Origin: Candidatus Aenigmatarchaeota archaeon
Lineage (GTDB): Archaea > Aenigmatarchaeota > Aenigmatarchaeia > GW2011-AR5
Direction of reading: 5' to 3'
NCBI GenBank assembly: GCA_018304565.1
Contig: JAGVVX010000007.1
Coordinates: forward strand, 1-39,015
Length of the DNA stretch: 39,015 nucleotides
Shown in pieces: positions 1 through 7,930 of this stretch (the first letter of the stretch is position 1; every line of letters begins with the position of its first letter). The notes below the pieces were generated by a model. The model searched no databases and was not told where the DNA came from. It worked only from the letters and a program-made list of their open reading frames with translations. Made by a program: the position numbers and the translations under genes.

Positions 1-1
1 T

Positions 2-202
2 AAATATCGCGGGTCTTACAAGAATTCTGATGAAGTCAAGATAGCCCAGCTTTGGTCTGCAATACTGGAACTATACAAGCAGAATCTGATCTTGCAGAAA
101 AGACTCGATGAGGTAACGGGAATCTTCGATTCCATGACGGAAAGACTAAAGAAGAAATGCGAAGACAAGAAAGAGCTCATCGAAAGCCTTGAGAGATTCT
201 AA
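2..202 (+). CDS. 3' end of an unidentified CDS (about 66 C-terminal codons, K/E/L-rich, coiled-coil-like); start lies upstream of the window
   Basis: Frame 2 is open from the window edge to TAA at 200-202. It is absent from the ORF track because there is no start in the window. No recognisable motif. Confidence 0.3.
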   Translation, partial: KYRGSYKNSDEVKIAQLWSAILELYKQNLILQKRLDEVTGIFDSMTERLKKKCEDKKELIESLERF

Positions 203-238
203 CACTTCTAAAATTGAACTAGAAGAAACCTTCAAATC

Positions 239-3067
239 TTATTCGAGCAATATCCCTAGCTTCTGCGGGGCAGCCTGTTTGGCTTTTTTGTTTTCTGTCT
301 TGTTGGAATCAACTATTTCCACATGACAGTTGAATTCCGCTTCAAGAAATTTCTTGGCTTCTTTCAGTATCTGCATCTGCCAGTTTCTGGGAAGTATTGG
401 CTTTAGTTCGTTTAGCCTTTGATAAAGATTCTGGATAAAATTCACTGTTGCTTGCCCGTAGGCTTCACCTTGCATTATCTCTTTTGTTATTTCATTCATT
501 CCTTTGTCCTTGTTCCGCAGGACTTTGTTGTACACGCGGAATTTCCAGCCTTCGGCAACAAAAAGAGTTATCTTGTTTATCCTTTCCATCTTTGCTATTT
601 TTTTGATATCTTCGACACCTTTCATTGTATTCTCCAGGAGCGTTTCAGCTATTTCCGATTCTATATTTACAAGGTTCTGGTTATATCGCGGCCACTCCGC
701 GACCGATATGAAGCCTTTTCCGCCGGACATTTGCCAGAACTCCTCACACATGTGCGGTGTCAGAGGTGTCAGCATCTTTACAATGGCATTCAGTGTGGTT
801 TGCAACGCACGCCTGTTAGAATCTCTAACATTGCCCGTACGCTTCAGGTACCATTTAAGCAAGTTTGTGGAGTCAAAAAGTGCAAAGCTCACAGCCGTTC
901 TGAATTTCATCATTTCATAGTTCTTTGTAGATTCCTGTATAATCTTCTGCAGCTTGCTAAGAAGCCAAACATCAATGTTTCGCATCTCTTTTACACGGGC
1001 CTTTTTTGTATTCTTTATCAGGTCTTCAAGGAATTCGTACCTGCTTCGAAAACTCTTTATACCCTCAACGCGCCAGTCGGCGTCATCCATATTTTCATTA
1101 GATGCCGCAATGTTTATTCTCACCAAGTCGGCACCAAATTGCTTTATTATATCTCTGAGAGGCTGTATGTTGCCTTTTGACTTGCTCATTTTTTCGCCTT
1201 CGACATTCACATAACCGTTCGCACCAATTGCTTTTGGCCACATGTTTTCAGGCCATACAGCGACGTGATGGAAAAGGTAGAATGTAAGATGATTTTGTAT
1301 AAGGTCTTTCCCGCTGTTTCTCATGTCCATCGGGTAGAAGTAAACAAACTCGTCTCTCATTTGTTGAAGCAGTTTTAGATTCAGTTTTACAGACTTGGAG
1401 ACTTTTTTCACATCATCTTTGCCGAAGAAGATATAGTCAAAGACGCCGTCGGTTAGTTTTTTGGCCGGTATCTTTTTTTCATTAATTAGCCTTGCTATGG
1501 TGTAGTAGGCCATGTAAATTGTCGAGTCACTCAAAGTCTCAACAATCCACTCTTTATCCCACGGCAACGGTGTACCGAGTCCTGTCTTTCGCGCGCAAGC
1601 CTTGTCTTTCAACCAGTCAATTGTGTTAAGGAAGTTAGTTCTTGCTTCTTCGGGACAGAGTCTCATTCTCTCCAGGCATTTCCTCACAAGTTTCTTCCAG
1701 TTCTCGTCAGAAAATTTCAGGAACCACTGGTTTTCCAGTATTTTCACATAGTTCTTTGTTGTGCACCTGCAAACAACCTTGCCGGTTGTCTCCCACATTA
1801 TATCTGCTGCTCCCGCTTCTATAAAATCAAGAAATAGTTTTTCCTTTACTTCGCTTACTTTTGACCCTGCATATTCGCCGCAGTTTTCCCTTAGAACACC
1901 AAAGTGAAATTCCTTTTTGTAAACTATGCTCGTTGCTTCATCGAGTTTATCAATTTCTTTCGACGACATTATCCCTAGACGCTTCACAACTTCCATTGCC
2001 GGATGTTCACCAAACCCTTCGACTTTGACAACAGAAACAGGCTCTACGTCGTTTTTTGTCAGTCCGTAGAATTCCAGTTCGCCGCTTTCTATGAGCTCCT
2101 TAAGTGCCACCCAGTCGTATGGTGCGTGGCTTGGCACAGACATTACTATTCCTGTCGTATTTCCTGTATCAACAAAACTAGCAGGCAGTATAGAAATATC
2201 TTTATTGCCACAGGGGTCCTTTGCTTTTTTGCCTAGCAGCTCGTCACCTTTTATTCTTTCTATTATTTCGACTTTCTTCAACTGGTCTCCTAGTTTTTGT
2301 GCTGCAGATTCACTTATGACCCATTTCTCACCATCAACCTTGGCAACAACATATTCTGATTCCGGGTTTACCCAGATATTTGTCACCCCGTAAATAGTTT
2401 CAGGTCTCAAAGTAGCCGCGGGCAATATTTTATCACCCATCGAGAACTTTAGCAACGTATAGCCTACGGGCGATTCGCCTTCACCTTCGAGCCTGTCATG
2501 GTCGCCTGTAGGGGATTTGCAATGCGGACACCAAATGACAGGATGCGTGCCTTGGGTGACAAACCCCCTTTTCCTGAGGGTGTTATATTGCCATTCTATG
2601 AATCTGCTGAAAGTCGGATAAATTGCTGTGATGAAAACCCTGCGCCAGTCGATTGAGAAACCGACGCTTTTCATGTCTTCTATTATCTTTTTTGTCCAGA
2701 ACCGTGCAACATATTCAACGCCTTTGCCCTTGAAGTTCTTTATGTCCGTTTTCGTAGCACCATAGATACGAAAAGTCTCGAGCTGGCTTTTGTCGTTATT
2801 TCTTATGCGTTCTACAGTTCCAAGTATCGGCTCGCCTGTTGCGTGGAAGCCCTGAGCCAAAAGAACATTAAAGCCGCACATACGCTTGTACCGCGCGTAC
2901 GCATCAGTTCTGGTAAACGTGAATGTATGCCCAATATGCAGCCCGCCGTTGACGTAGGGTATTATAAGCGATGTAAAGAATTTCTTCCTCTTTTCTACAT
3001 CGGCTTCGAATATTTTCGATCGTTCCCATCTTTTTTGCCACTTCTTCTCTACCTTCTTGAAGTCCAT
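239..3067 (-). CDS. leuS: Leucyl-tRNA synthetase (archaeal type)
   Basis: 942 aa. Class I HIGH motif (GGLHIGHTF) and KMSKS motif (EKMSKSKGN). CP1 editing-domain-length insertion. Overall archaeal LeuRS pattern. Confidence 0.95.
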   Translation of the reverse strand: MDFKKVEKKWQKRWERSKIFEADVEKRKKFFTSLIIPYVNGGLHIGHTFTFTRTDAYARYKRMCGFNVLLAQGFHATGEPILGTVERIRNNDKSQLETFRIYGATKTDIKNFKGKGVEYVARFWTKKIIEDMKSVGFSIDWRRVFITAIYPTFSRFIEWQYNTLRKRGFVTQGTHPVIWCPHCKSPTGDHDRLEGEGESPVGYTLLKFSMGDKILPAATLRPETIYGVTNIWVNPESEYVVAKVDGEKWVISESAAQKLGDQLKKVEIIERIKGDELLGKKAKDPCGNKDISILPASFVDTGNTTGIVMSVPSHAPYDWVALKELIESGELEFYGLTKNDVEPVSVVKVEGFGEHPAMEVVKRLGIMSSKEIDKLDEATSIVYKKEFHFGVLRENCGEYAGSKVSEVKEKLFLDFIEAGAADIMWETTGKVVCRCTTKNYVKILENQWFLKFSDENWKKLVRKCLERMRLCPEEARTNFLNTIDWLKDKACARKTGLGTPLPWDKEWIVETLSDSTIYMAYYTIARLINEKKIPAKKLTDGVFDYIFFGKDDVKKVSKSVKLNLKLLQQMRDEFVYFYPMDMRNSGKDLIQNHLTFYLFHHVAVWPENMWPKAIGANGYVNVEGEKMSKSKGNIQPLRDIIKQFGADLVRINIAASNENMDDADWRVEGIKSFRSRYEFLEDLIKNTKKARVKEMRNIDVWLLSKLQKIIQESTKNYEMMKFRTAVSFALFDSTNLLKWYLKRTGNVRDSNRRALQTTLNAIVKMLTPLTPHMCEEFWQMSGGKGFISVAEWPRYNQNLVNIESEIAETLLENTMKGVEDIKKIAKMERINKITLFVAEGWKFRVYNKVLRNKDKGMNEITKEIMQGEAYGQATVNFIQNLYQRLNELKPILPRNWQMQILKEAKKFLEAEFNCHVEIVDSNKTENKKAKQAAPQKLGILLE

Positions 3068-3121
3068 ACCAATACCTAGATATACAATAATAAAAGGAAA
3101 TTAAAATAAAAAAGAACAAGA

Positions 3122-3343
3122 TTAATCCTGATTATAAGGCAAAGCTGGCGGATCTTTTGTACCTCGCATGCGGGCTCTTAGACCAGGCGTACGAGCCCAG
3201 ATAAAAGATGGCTTTTTGCTATCACCGTCTTGTGGAGCCATTCTATACGCTCTACCGCCTTCAGGTAACGTAAGTCTTCCTGGTTCTCTTGGAGCAAACC
3301 CCTCATTCAGGTACCCCATGTCTGCATCTACCATTTTCTTCAT
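3122..3343 (-). CDS. Small hypothetical protein (73 aa, G/P/R-rich)
   Basis: GGGAGG Shine-Dalgarno-like sequence abuts the first ATG and sits 9 nt before the second in-frame ATG. Locally GC-rich. No family recognised. A competing + strand ORF (3168..3383) looks less protein-like. Confidence 0.35.
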   Translation of the reverse strand: MKKMVDADMGYLNEGFAPREPGRLTLPEGGRAYRMAPQDGDSKKPSFIWARTPGLRARMRGTKDPPALPYNQD

Positions 3344-3576
3344 CCTCCCGTTTTTTCTACAGTCCCCTGTGACGACATCATAAGAAATGAAAAGAAGTCG
3401 TCATTTATCAAGCAGCTTACCGCTTGATAGTGACAGAAGCAGGGCTAAGCAAACATATGAGCGGATTTTGCTTTGCCTGCATATTTTTCAATAAATATTC
3501 GGGAAGAAGAATTTAAATACCTTATTGGAAGCCGCACTGCAATATTAATCACTTTCCACCGAATGAATAATAAAAC

Positions 3577-3728
3577 GGGCGCGTAGCTCAGTTTGGATAG
3601 AGCATCAAGCTTTGGCGTGTAAGCCTTCTAAGCTGAGGGCCGCGGGTTCGAAAAGCCCTTTTCTTCCAGAGAAAAACGCTTGCGGAAAAGAAACCGGGAG
3701 AAGGGGTACGAAATTCCCGTCGCGCCCA
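3577..3728 (+). tRNA. tRNA-Arg(TCT) with two introns: ~15 nt inside the anticodon stem (about 3607-3621, position 28/29-29/30) and ~62 nt in the T-loop (about 3653-3714, position 59/60)
   Basis: Acceptor GGGCGCG/CGCGCCC+A. D arm GCTC-AGTTTGGATA-GAGC. After removing 15 nt the anticodon arm is TCAGC-CTTCTAA-GCTGA. Variable region GGGCC. T stem GCGGG...CCCGT with T-loop TTCGAA|T restored only after removing ~62 nt. The spliced length is 75 nt. Confidence 0.7.
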
Positions 3729-3760
3729 TTAATTATTGCAAAGGAACTTGCTTCTTTGAG

Positions 3761-3810
3761 ACCCCGGAGAGCAAAGCTCTCCGGGGTAATACTTCGGGCT
3801 TTAGCCCGAA
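3761..3810 (+). repeat. Two tandem perfect hairpins in the tRNA-Arg trailer
   Basis: ACCCCGGAGAGC-AAA-GCTCTCCGGGGT (12 bp, 3761-3787) and TTCGGGC-TTTA-GCCCGAA (3793-3810). Same CGGAGAxC...GxTCTCCG style as the hairpins in tRNA introns elsewhere in the window. Confidence 0.7.
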
Positions 3811-3878
3811 TATATTATTGATTATTAAAAAAACAGCCAATAGCAGCTTAAAAATCTTCCCAAATGTAATTATACAGT

Positions 3879-4640
3879 ATGACAAGAATCATAGCCTGCG
3901 TTTCTGGTAAAGGTGGAGCAGGAAAAACGACGCTTGTCGCCAATATCGGAACAGCAATCGCAGAAATCGGCAAAGACATAATAGTTGTTGATACAAACCT
4001 CACAACACCAAATCTTGGCATTCATCTTGGGGTGCCATTGTACCCAACAACCCTTCATGATGTTCTCAAAGGGCATGCGTCCATCAAAGATGCAATCTAT
4101 GAGCATGATTCTGGCCTCAAAGTAATTCCCGCGGGCCTTTCTATGCGTGACCTGCGCGGCGCAGACATACGTGACCTATCAAATACGCTCCTAGATCTTC
4201 TTGGCAACGCAGAAATAATAATGCTTGACTCGGCTGCCGGCTTAGGCAGGGAAGCACTCACGGCCATGGAAACAGCCGACGAAATTCTTATTGTAACAAA
4301 CCCTGATCTTCCATCGGTTACTGACGCGTTAAAAGCAGCAAGGCTTGCAGAACAAACAGGCACAAAAATCATCGGCGCTGTTATAAACCGCGCAACAGGC
4401 AAGCCGCACGAATTGACAAAATTTGAAATACAAAGCATGCTTGAAAACATAGACATACTGGCAACTATTCCTGAAGATATCAGTGTTCAAAGGGCATTAT
4501 CAAGACGCACGCCTGTAATAAATCACTCTCCAAAATCACCAGCCGCACACAAAATGCGAAGCATTGCAGCACAACTAGTCGGCTATGAGTACAAAATACC
4601 CATACCTTGGTACAGAAGGATTTTACTTCTCAGGCGATAA
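3879..4640 (+). CDS. MinD/ParA-family P-loop ATPase (archaeal MinD-like)
   Basis: Deviant Walker A SGKGGAGKTT at the N-terminus. MinD-like switch regions (DTNL, LDSAAG). 253 aa. Confidence 0.85.
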   Translation: MTRIIACVSGKGGAGKTTLVANIGTAIAEIGKDIIVVDTNLTTPNLGIHLGVPLYPTTLHDVLKGHASIKDAIYEHDSGLKVIPAGLSMRDLRGADIRDLSNTLLDLLGNAEIIMLDSAAGLGREALTAMETADEILIVTNPDLPSVTDALKAARLAEQTGTKIIGAVINRATGKPHELTKFEIQSMLENIDILATIPEDISVQRALSRRTPVINHSPKSPAAHKMRSIAAQLVGYEYKIPIPWYRRILLLRR

Positions 4641-4835
4641 ATATCGAAAGATTTCCAAAGAAAAAAAAGAAGCGGCCGCTTGAAGACAATCCAATGCGCG
4701 ATATACGACCCAGAAAGTGGAAGCCACAAAAAAGGGACGCTTGATGGGAAAAATATTTTATCTTCATGAACCTTTCAGAAAAAGTGACAAATGACCTGCG
4801 ATCGATGCTATTGGTGTCTTATAGTCAACAATAAA

Positions 4836-6476
4836 TCACTTTTTCAAATAGAATACTTTTTGCAAATCCAACTCAAATGCAACTACAGGCTTCTCAAGTT
4901 TCCAGTTGTTGAGTACCTGTGGGTGTATTTCGCCTATAGTGCCAAACTGTTCATTCCCTATTTTAATTCCCGCCGCCCGGCCTTCTATAAAGCTTGGATG
5001 CTTTAATGGATTAAATTTATAGGACAGGCCGAGTTGATTAAGCAAAGCGTCAAGGACTGAAGAGATATCCTCATAACTTACCTTGGAATTCGATATTACT
5101 GCGGCCAGCTTCAGCATGTCCATGGAGCCCGTTTCTGATTCTTTATCAGGCACGACAGTATAGCCTATTTCAAATATTTTCTGCGGATATTCCCTGTGAA
5201 GATTCTGTGCCAGTACATCCATTAATGATGGCAACAGGTTTTTCCTGCATATCGTGCATTCCACGGAAACAGGATTTAGCGTCTCGCAGGCGTCCTCTTT
5301 CTTTATCAGCATCTTTTCGAATTCATCAATTTCGTTTGTAAGAATCATAGAAACAGCTTCTTGGAATCCCATGCCTTTCATCAAATTGCTGGCGAATTCA
5401 GAGAATTCTTCCATGTCGTAGCGTTGTGCTATAGTAGGGACTTTTGGCACACGTGGTTCAAATTTCTCATAACCATGAGCTATAGCCACATCTTCGACAA
5501 CATCAATTTCATGCATTATGTCAGCCCTGTAGCATGGGACTAGTACATATTTTCCGTCGAATCCAAAACCCATTCTTGCTATTGTTTCAATAAACTCAGC
5601 CTTTGAAAGATCTAAATCAAGCAACTTGTTAACGTAATCCAAATTTACTAGTATTCTCCTTGGATTCAAATTAGGCGTTTTTTTCTTGTTAATACTGACA
5701 GTCTCTATCTTGAAACCTCTTTCTGCAAGCGAAGTGACTATAATGTTCAGTGCATGATTGACTGCACCTTCATGCAACCCCGTAATATCTATGAACAGGT
5801 TTTTCGTCTTTTCAGTAACGCGCGTTAGTTCGCCGTTTATCACAGGAGGGAAACTTAAGACATCGTTGTTTTTGTCTACTATAACAGGCCATCTCTTTGC
5901 GCGTTTCAATATGCTAACGTATCCGCCCTTCTCATGTTTTTTCTCTATCTCCCCAAGCGTCATCTTTTCTTTCTTGCCCAACGGAATGAATTTTATTTCG
6001 TCAGGCATTACAGCCTTGTATCTGAAAGGCTGTTTTACCTTGTCTAAGTCATGAAGTCCGATGGCTACTTTCTTCCTTTTCCTGCCCATCGTGTCATGGA
6101 TCTTTTCCTGGACTTGTACTAGAGAAGCAATAACATCGTGAGTCAGCCTTACATTCCTGACAACAGCAGCCGCTATATGCGGTCTCACGTTAGAAACTGA
6201 CTTCTCTACGTGAAGCCTGATGCCGCTAGGTAATGCCTTGTAAGATACCAAGCCTTTTGAAAATCCTAAGAAAGTTCTTGCGGCTCTTGTAAATCCTTCA
6301 GTGCTAAGCATATCGGGCCTGTTAGGAAATACTTCATAGAGTACTTTATCCTTTTCCAACTTCTCAAGCGGACAGCCCATCATTGGTATCTTTTCAAGAT
6401 GTTCCTTTGTGAGCTTCTTTCCTGCAAGCTTATCCAAGTCCTTTAGCGAAAATTCGACTACAGCCATAATTACCAC
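4836..6476 (-). CDS. pheT: Phenylalanyl-tRNA synthetase beta subunit (archaeal type)
   Basis: 546 aa, archaeal/eukaryal-type B3/4-B5-catalytic-like layout. Overlaps the end of pheS by 7 nt (operon). Confidence 0.9.
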   Translation of the reverse strand: MVIMAVVEFSLKDLDKLAGKKLTKEHLEKIPMMGCPLEKLEKDKVLYEVFPNRPDMLSTEGFTRAARTFLGFSKGLVSYKALPSGIRLHVEKSVSNVRPHIAAAVVRNVRLTHDVIASLVQVQEKIHDTMGRKRKKVAIGLHDLDKVKQPFRYKAVMPDEIKFIPLGKKEKMTLGEIEKKHEKGGYVSILKRAKRWPVIVDKNNDVLSFPPVINGELTRVTEKTKNLFIDITGLHEGAVNHALNIIVTSLAERGFKIETVSINKKKTPNLNPRRILVNLDYVNKLLDLDLSKAEFIETIARMGFGFDGKYVLVPCYRADIMHEIDVVEDVAIAHGYEKFEPRVPKVPTIAQRYDMEEFSEFASNLMKGMGFQEAVSMILTNEIDEFEKMLIKKEDACETLNPVSVECTICRKNLLPSLMDVLAQNLHREYPQKIFEIGYTVVPDKESETGSMDMLKLAAVISNSKVSYEDISSVLDALLNQLGLSYKFNPLKHPSFIEGRAAGIKIGNEQFGTIGEIHPQVLNNWKLEKPVVAFELDLQKVFYLKK

Positions 6477-7723
6477 ATGTTTATTTCCCTTAGCAGTTTC
6501 AGGTCATTTTTACAGTAGAAATTTCTGACGTCATTTATGCCATGCTTCAGCGCGATTGTTCTTTCAAGACCTAATCCCCACGCCAAGACTGGAACATCTA
6601 TCCCCAGAGGTTGTGTAACTTCAGGCCTGAATATACCTGATCCGCCCAGTTCTATCCACTCTTTTTTCTCTTCAAAGTACACTTCCGGTTCTGCGGACAT
6701 TTCAGTGTAAGGGAAGTATGCCGGTCTGAATCTTATTTTTTTGAACCCCATGCGTGTATAGAACTCCTTTAGATACCCAAGCAAATCACGAAAAGTAACA
6801 TTCTCATCGACAACAATACCTTCTACTTGTGTGAATTCAGGCAGATGCTTGTAATCCAGTGTCTCATTCCTGAAAACTCTGCCTATGCAGAAAACTTTTG
6901 CAGGTGGTTTTAACTTACTTAGTTCTCTAACAGAAACTGCTGTCGCATGGGTACGCATTACCGCTTTCTTCGCTACTTCCCTGTTCCATTTATACCCCCA
7001 GCCAGACGAGCCTGTATTACCGCCCTTTTCATGCGCTTCTCTGACCTCATTCACAACGTTTTCTGCCGGTAATTTGCAGGATTCCGGGGTTTTCATATAA
7101 AATGTATCTGCCATTTCGCGTGCAGGATGATCTTGCGGCTGATAAAGCGCGTCGAAATTCCAGAAGCTTGATTCCAGCAAAGGTCCCCTGGCTTCCTTGA
7201 AACCAAGATCAAAGAATATGTTCCTTATCTTCTGTATATAGAAAGAAAGCAAGTGTGTTTTACCCGGATAGATTTTAGTGCCCGCGAGTTCGACATTATA
7301 AGGCTTCAGTTTTACTTGTTTCCAATATTTAGTTTTTATTAAATCTTCAGTGAGGTTTGCAACTTCTTGGCCTGCGAGTTTCTCAGCTTTCTTTACAGCC
7401 GTTTCTCTCTGTTTTTCTATGAGTTTTCTTTGTACTAGTACATCAAGCAAACGGTTTTCTACATGATCCCCGCCTGCAAGTTTCTTTAACGCTTCGTACT
7501 CCGGTATATTTTTCGGATTTCTGACAAGCGCAAGCTTGTTGTTTTCTATTTTAATCCAGCCATGTTTTTTCGCCCATTGCAAAGCTATGGAGAAGTTTTC
7601 TACCTTTTCCTTTGCTTCAGTGAAATCTACAGGCCCGGACATAAGCAATTCAATTAAACGCATTTCAGGCAGTCCATACTTGAGATAATTCCTTCCTTCA
7701 TCAGTCAGTGTATATTCTTGCAT
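6470..7723 (-). CDS. pheS: Phenylalanyl-tRNA synthetase alpha subunit
   Basis: 417 aa. Class II core with motif 2/3-like segments (FRNETLDYKHLPEFTQVEG; GLGLERT). Directly upstream of pheT. Confidence 0.9.
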   Translation of the reverse strand: MQEYTLTDEGRNYLKYGLPEMRLIELLMSGPVDFTEAKEKVENFSIALQWAKKHGWIKIENNKLALVRNPKNIPEYEALKKLAGGDHVENRLLDVLVQRKLIEKQRETAVKKAEKLAGQEVANLTEDLIKTKYWKQVKLKPYNVELAGTKIYPGKTHLLSFYIQKIRNIFFDLGFKEARGPLLESSFWNFDALYQPQDHPAREMADTFYMKTPESCKLPAENVVNEVREAHEKGGNTGSSGWGYKWNREVAKKAVMRTHATAVSVRELSKLKPPAKVFCIGRVFRNETLDYKHLPEFTQVEGIVVDENVTFRDLLGYLKEFYTRMGFKKIRFRPAYFPYTEMSAEPEVYFEEKKEWIELGGSGIFRPEVTQPLGIDVPVLAWGLGLERTIALKHGINDVRNFYCKNDLKLLREINMW

Positions 7724-7780
7724 GATATCAATCTTGTTTATTCATATTTTAAAAGTAAAGAAAAAAGCATATTTATACGA

Positions 7781-7903
7781 GGAATACCACCTGTCTTTAG
7801 GCGGCGGTATTATTATTCGTGGTATTCCGGTATAAAAGAATCCACATGTGTTATTAGTGGTATTTCACAGAAATACCACCATCTTCAGGCCGTGGATTCT
7901 TTT
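7781..7903. promoter_or_regulatory. Palindromic module pair in the pheS/glyS divergent intergenic region (R1 copy 7781-7833, R2 copy 7834-7903)
   Basis: R1: GGAATACCAC-N28-GTGGTATTCC followed by GGTAT. R2: nested AAAAGAATCCAC...GTGGTATTTC-ACA-GAAATACCAC...GTGGATTCTTTT. Read on the minus strand, R1 is followed by TCGTATAAATAT (TATA-like) about 45 nt before the pheS ATG. Confidence 0.6.
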
Positions 7904-7930
7904 TATAAAACTTCTTGGGAAAGTTAGTTC

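Noticed and set aside
419-2393. Several + strand ORFs (419..1180, 504..920, 954..1214, 1642..1824, 2003..2236, 2091..2393) inside the leuS region
   Set aside because: They are antisense to a confidently identified 942-aa LeuRS. Their low-complexity, Cys/Phe/Leu-rich translations are typical of shadow ORFs. The same reasoning applies to antisense track ORFs inside pheS/pheT, glyS, top6A/B, the pilus ATPase, thermosome and the other assigned genes.
3120-3430. GC-rich patch next to tRNA-Arg as a possible SRP RNA or RNase P RNA gene
   Set aside because: I could not find the conserved SRP helix-8 motifs (GGAA tetraloop/AGCA context), the RNase P conserved regions, or long-range helices. An SD-like GGGAGG precedes a 73-codon ORF, so a small CDS is the more economical reading, though at low confidence.
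7781-7903. Palindromic GTGG(A/T)(A/T)TTCC-type modules as origin recognition boxes (oriC)
   Set aside because: Similar modules occur in at least five separate intergenic regions within 30 kb. There is no adjacent orc1/cdc6 gene and no long AT-rich unwinding element. Resemblance to the mini-ORB consensus is only partial.
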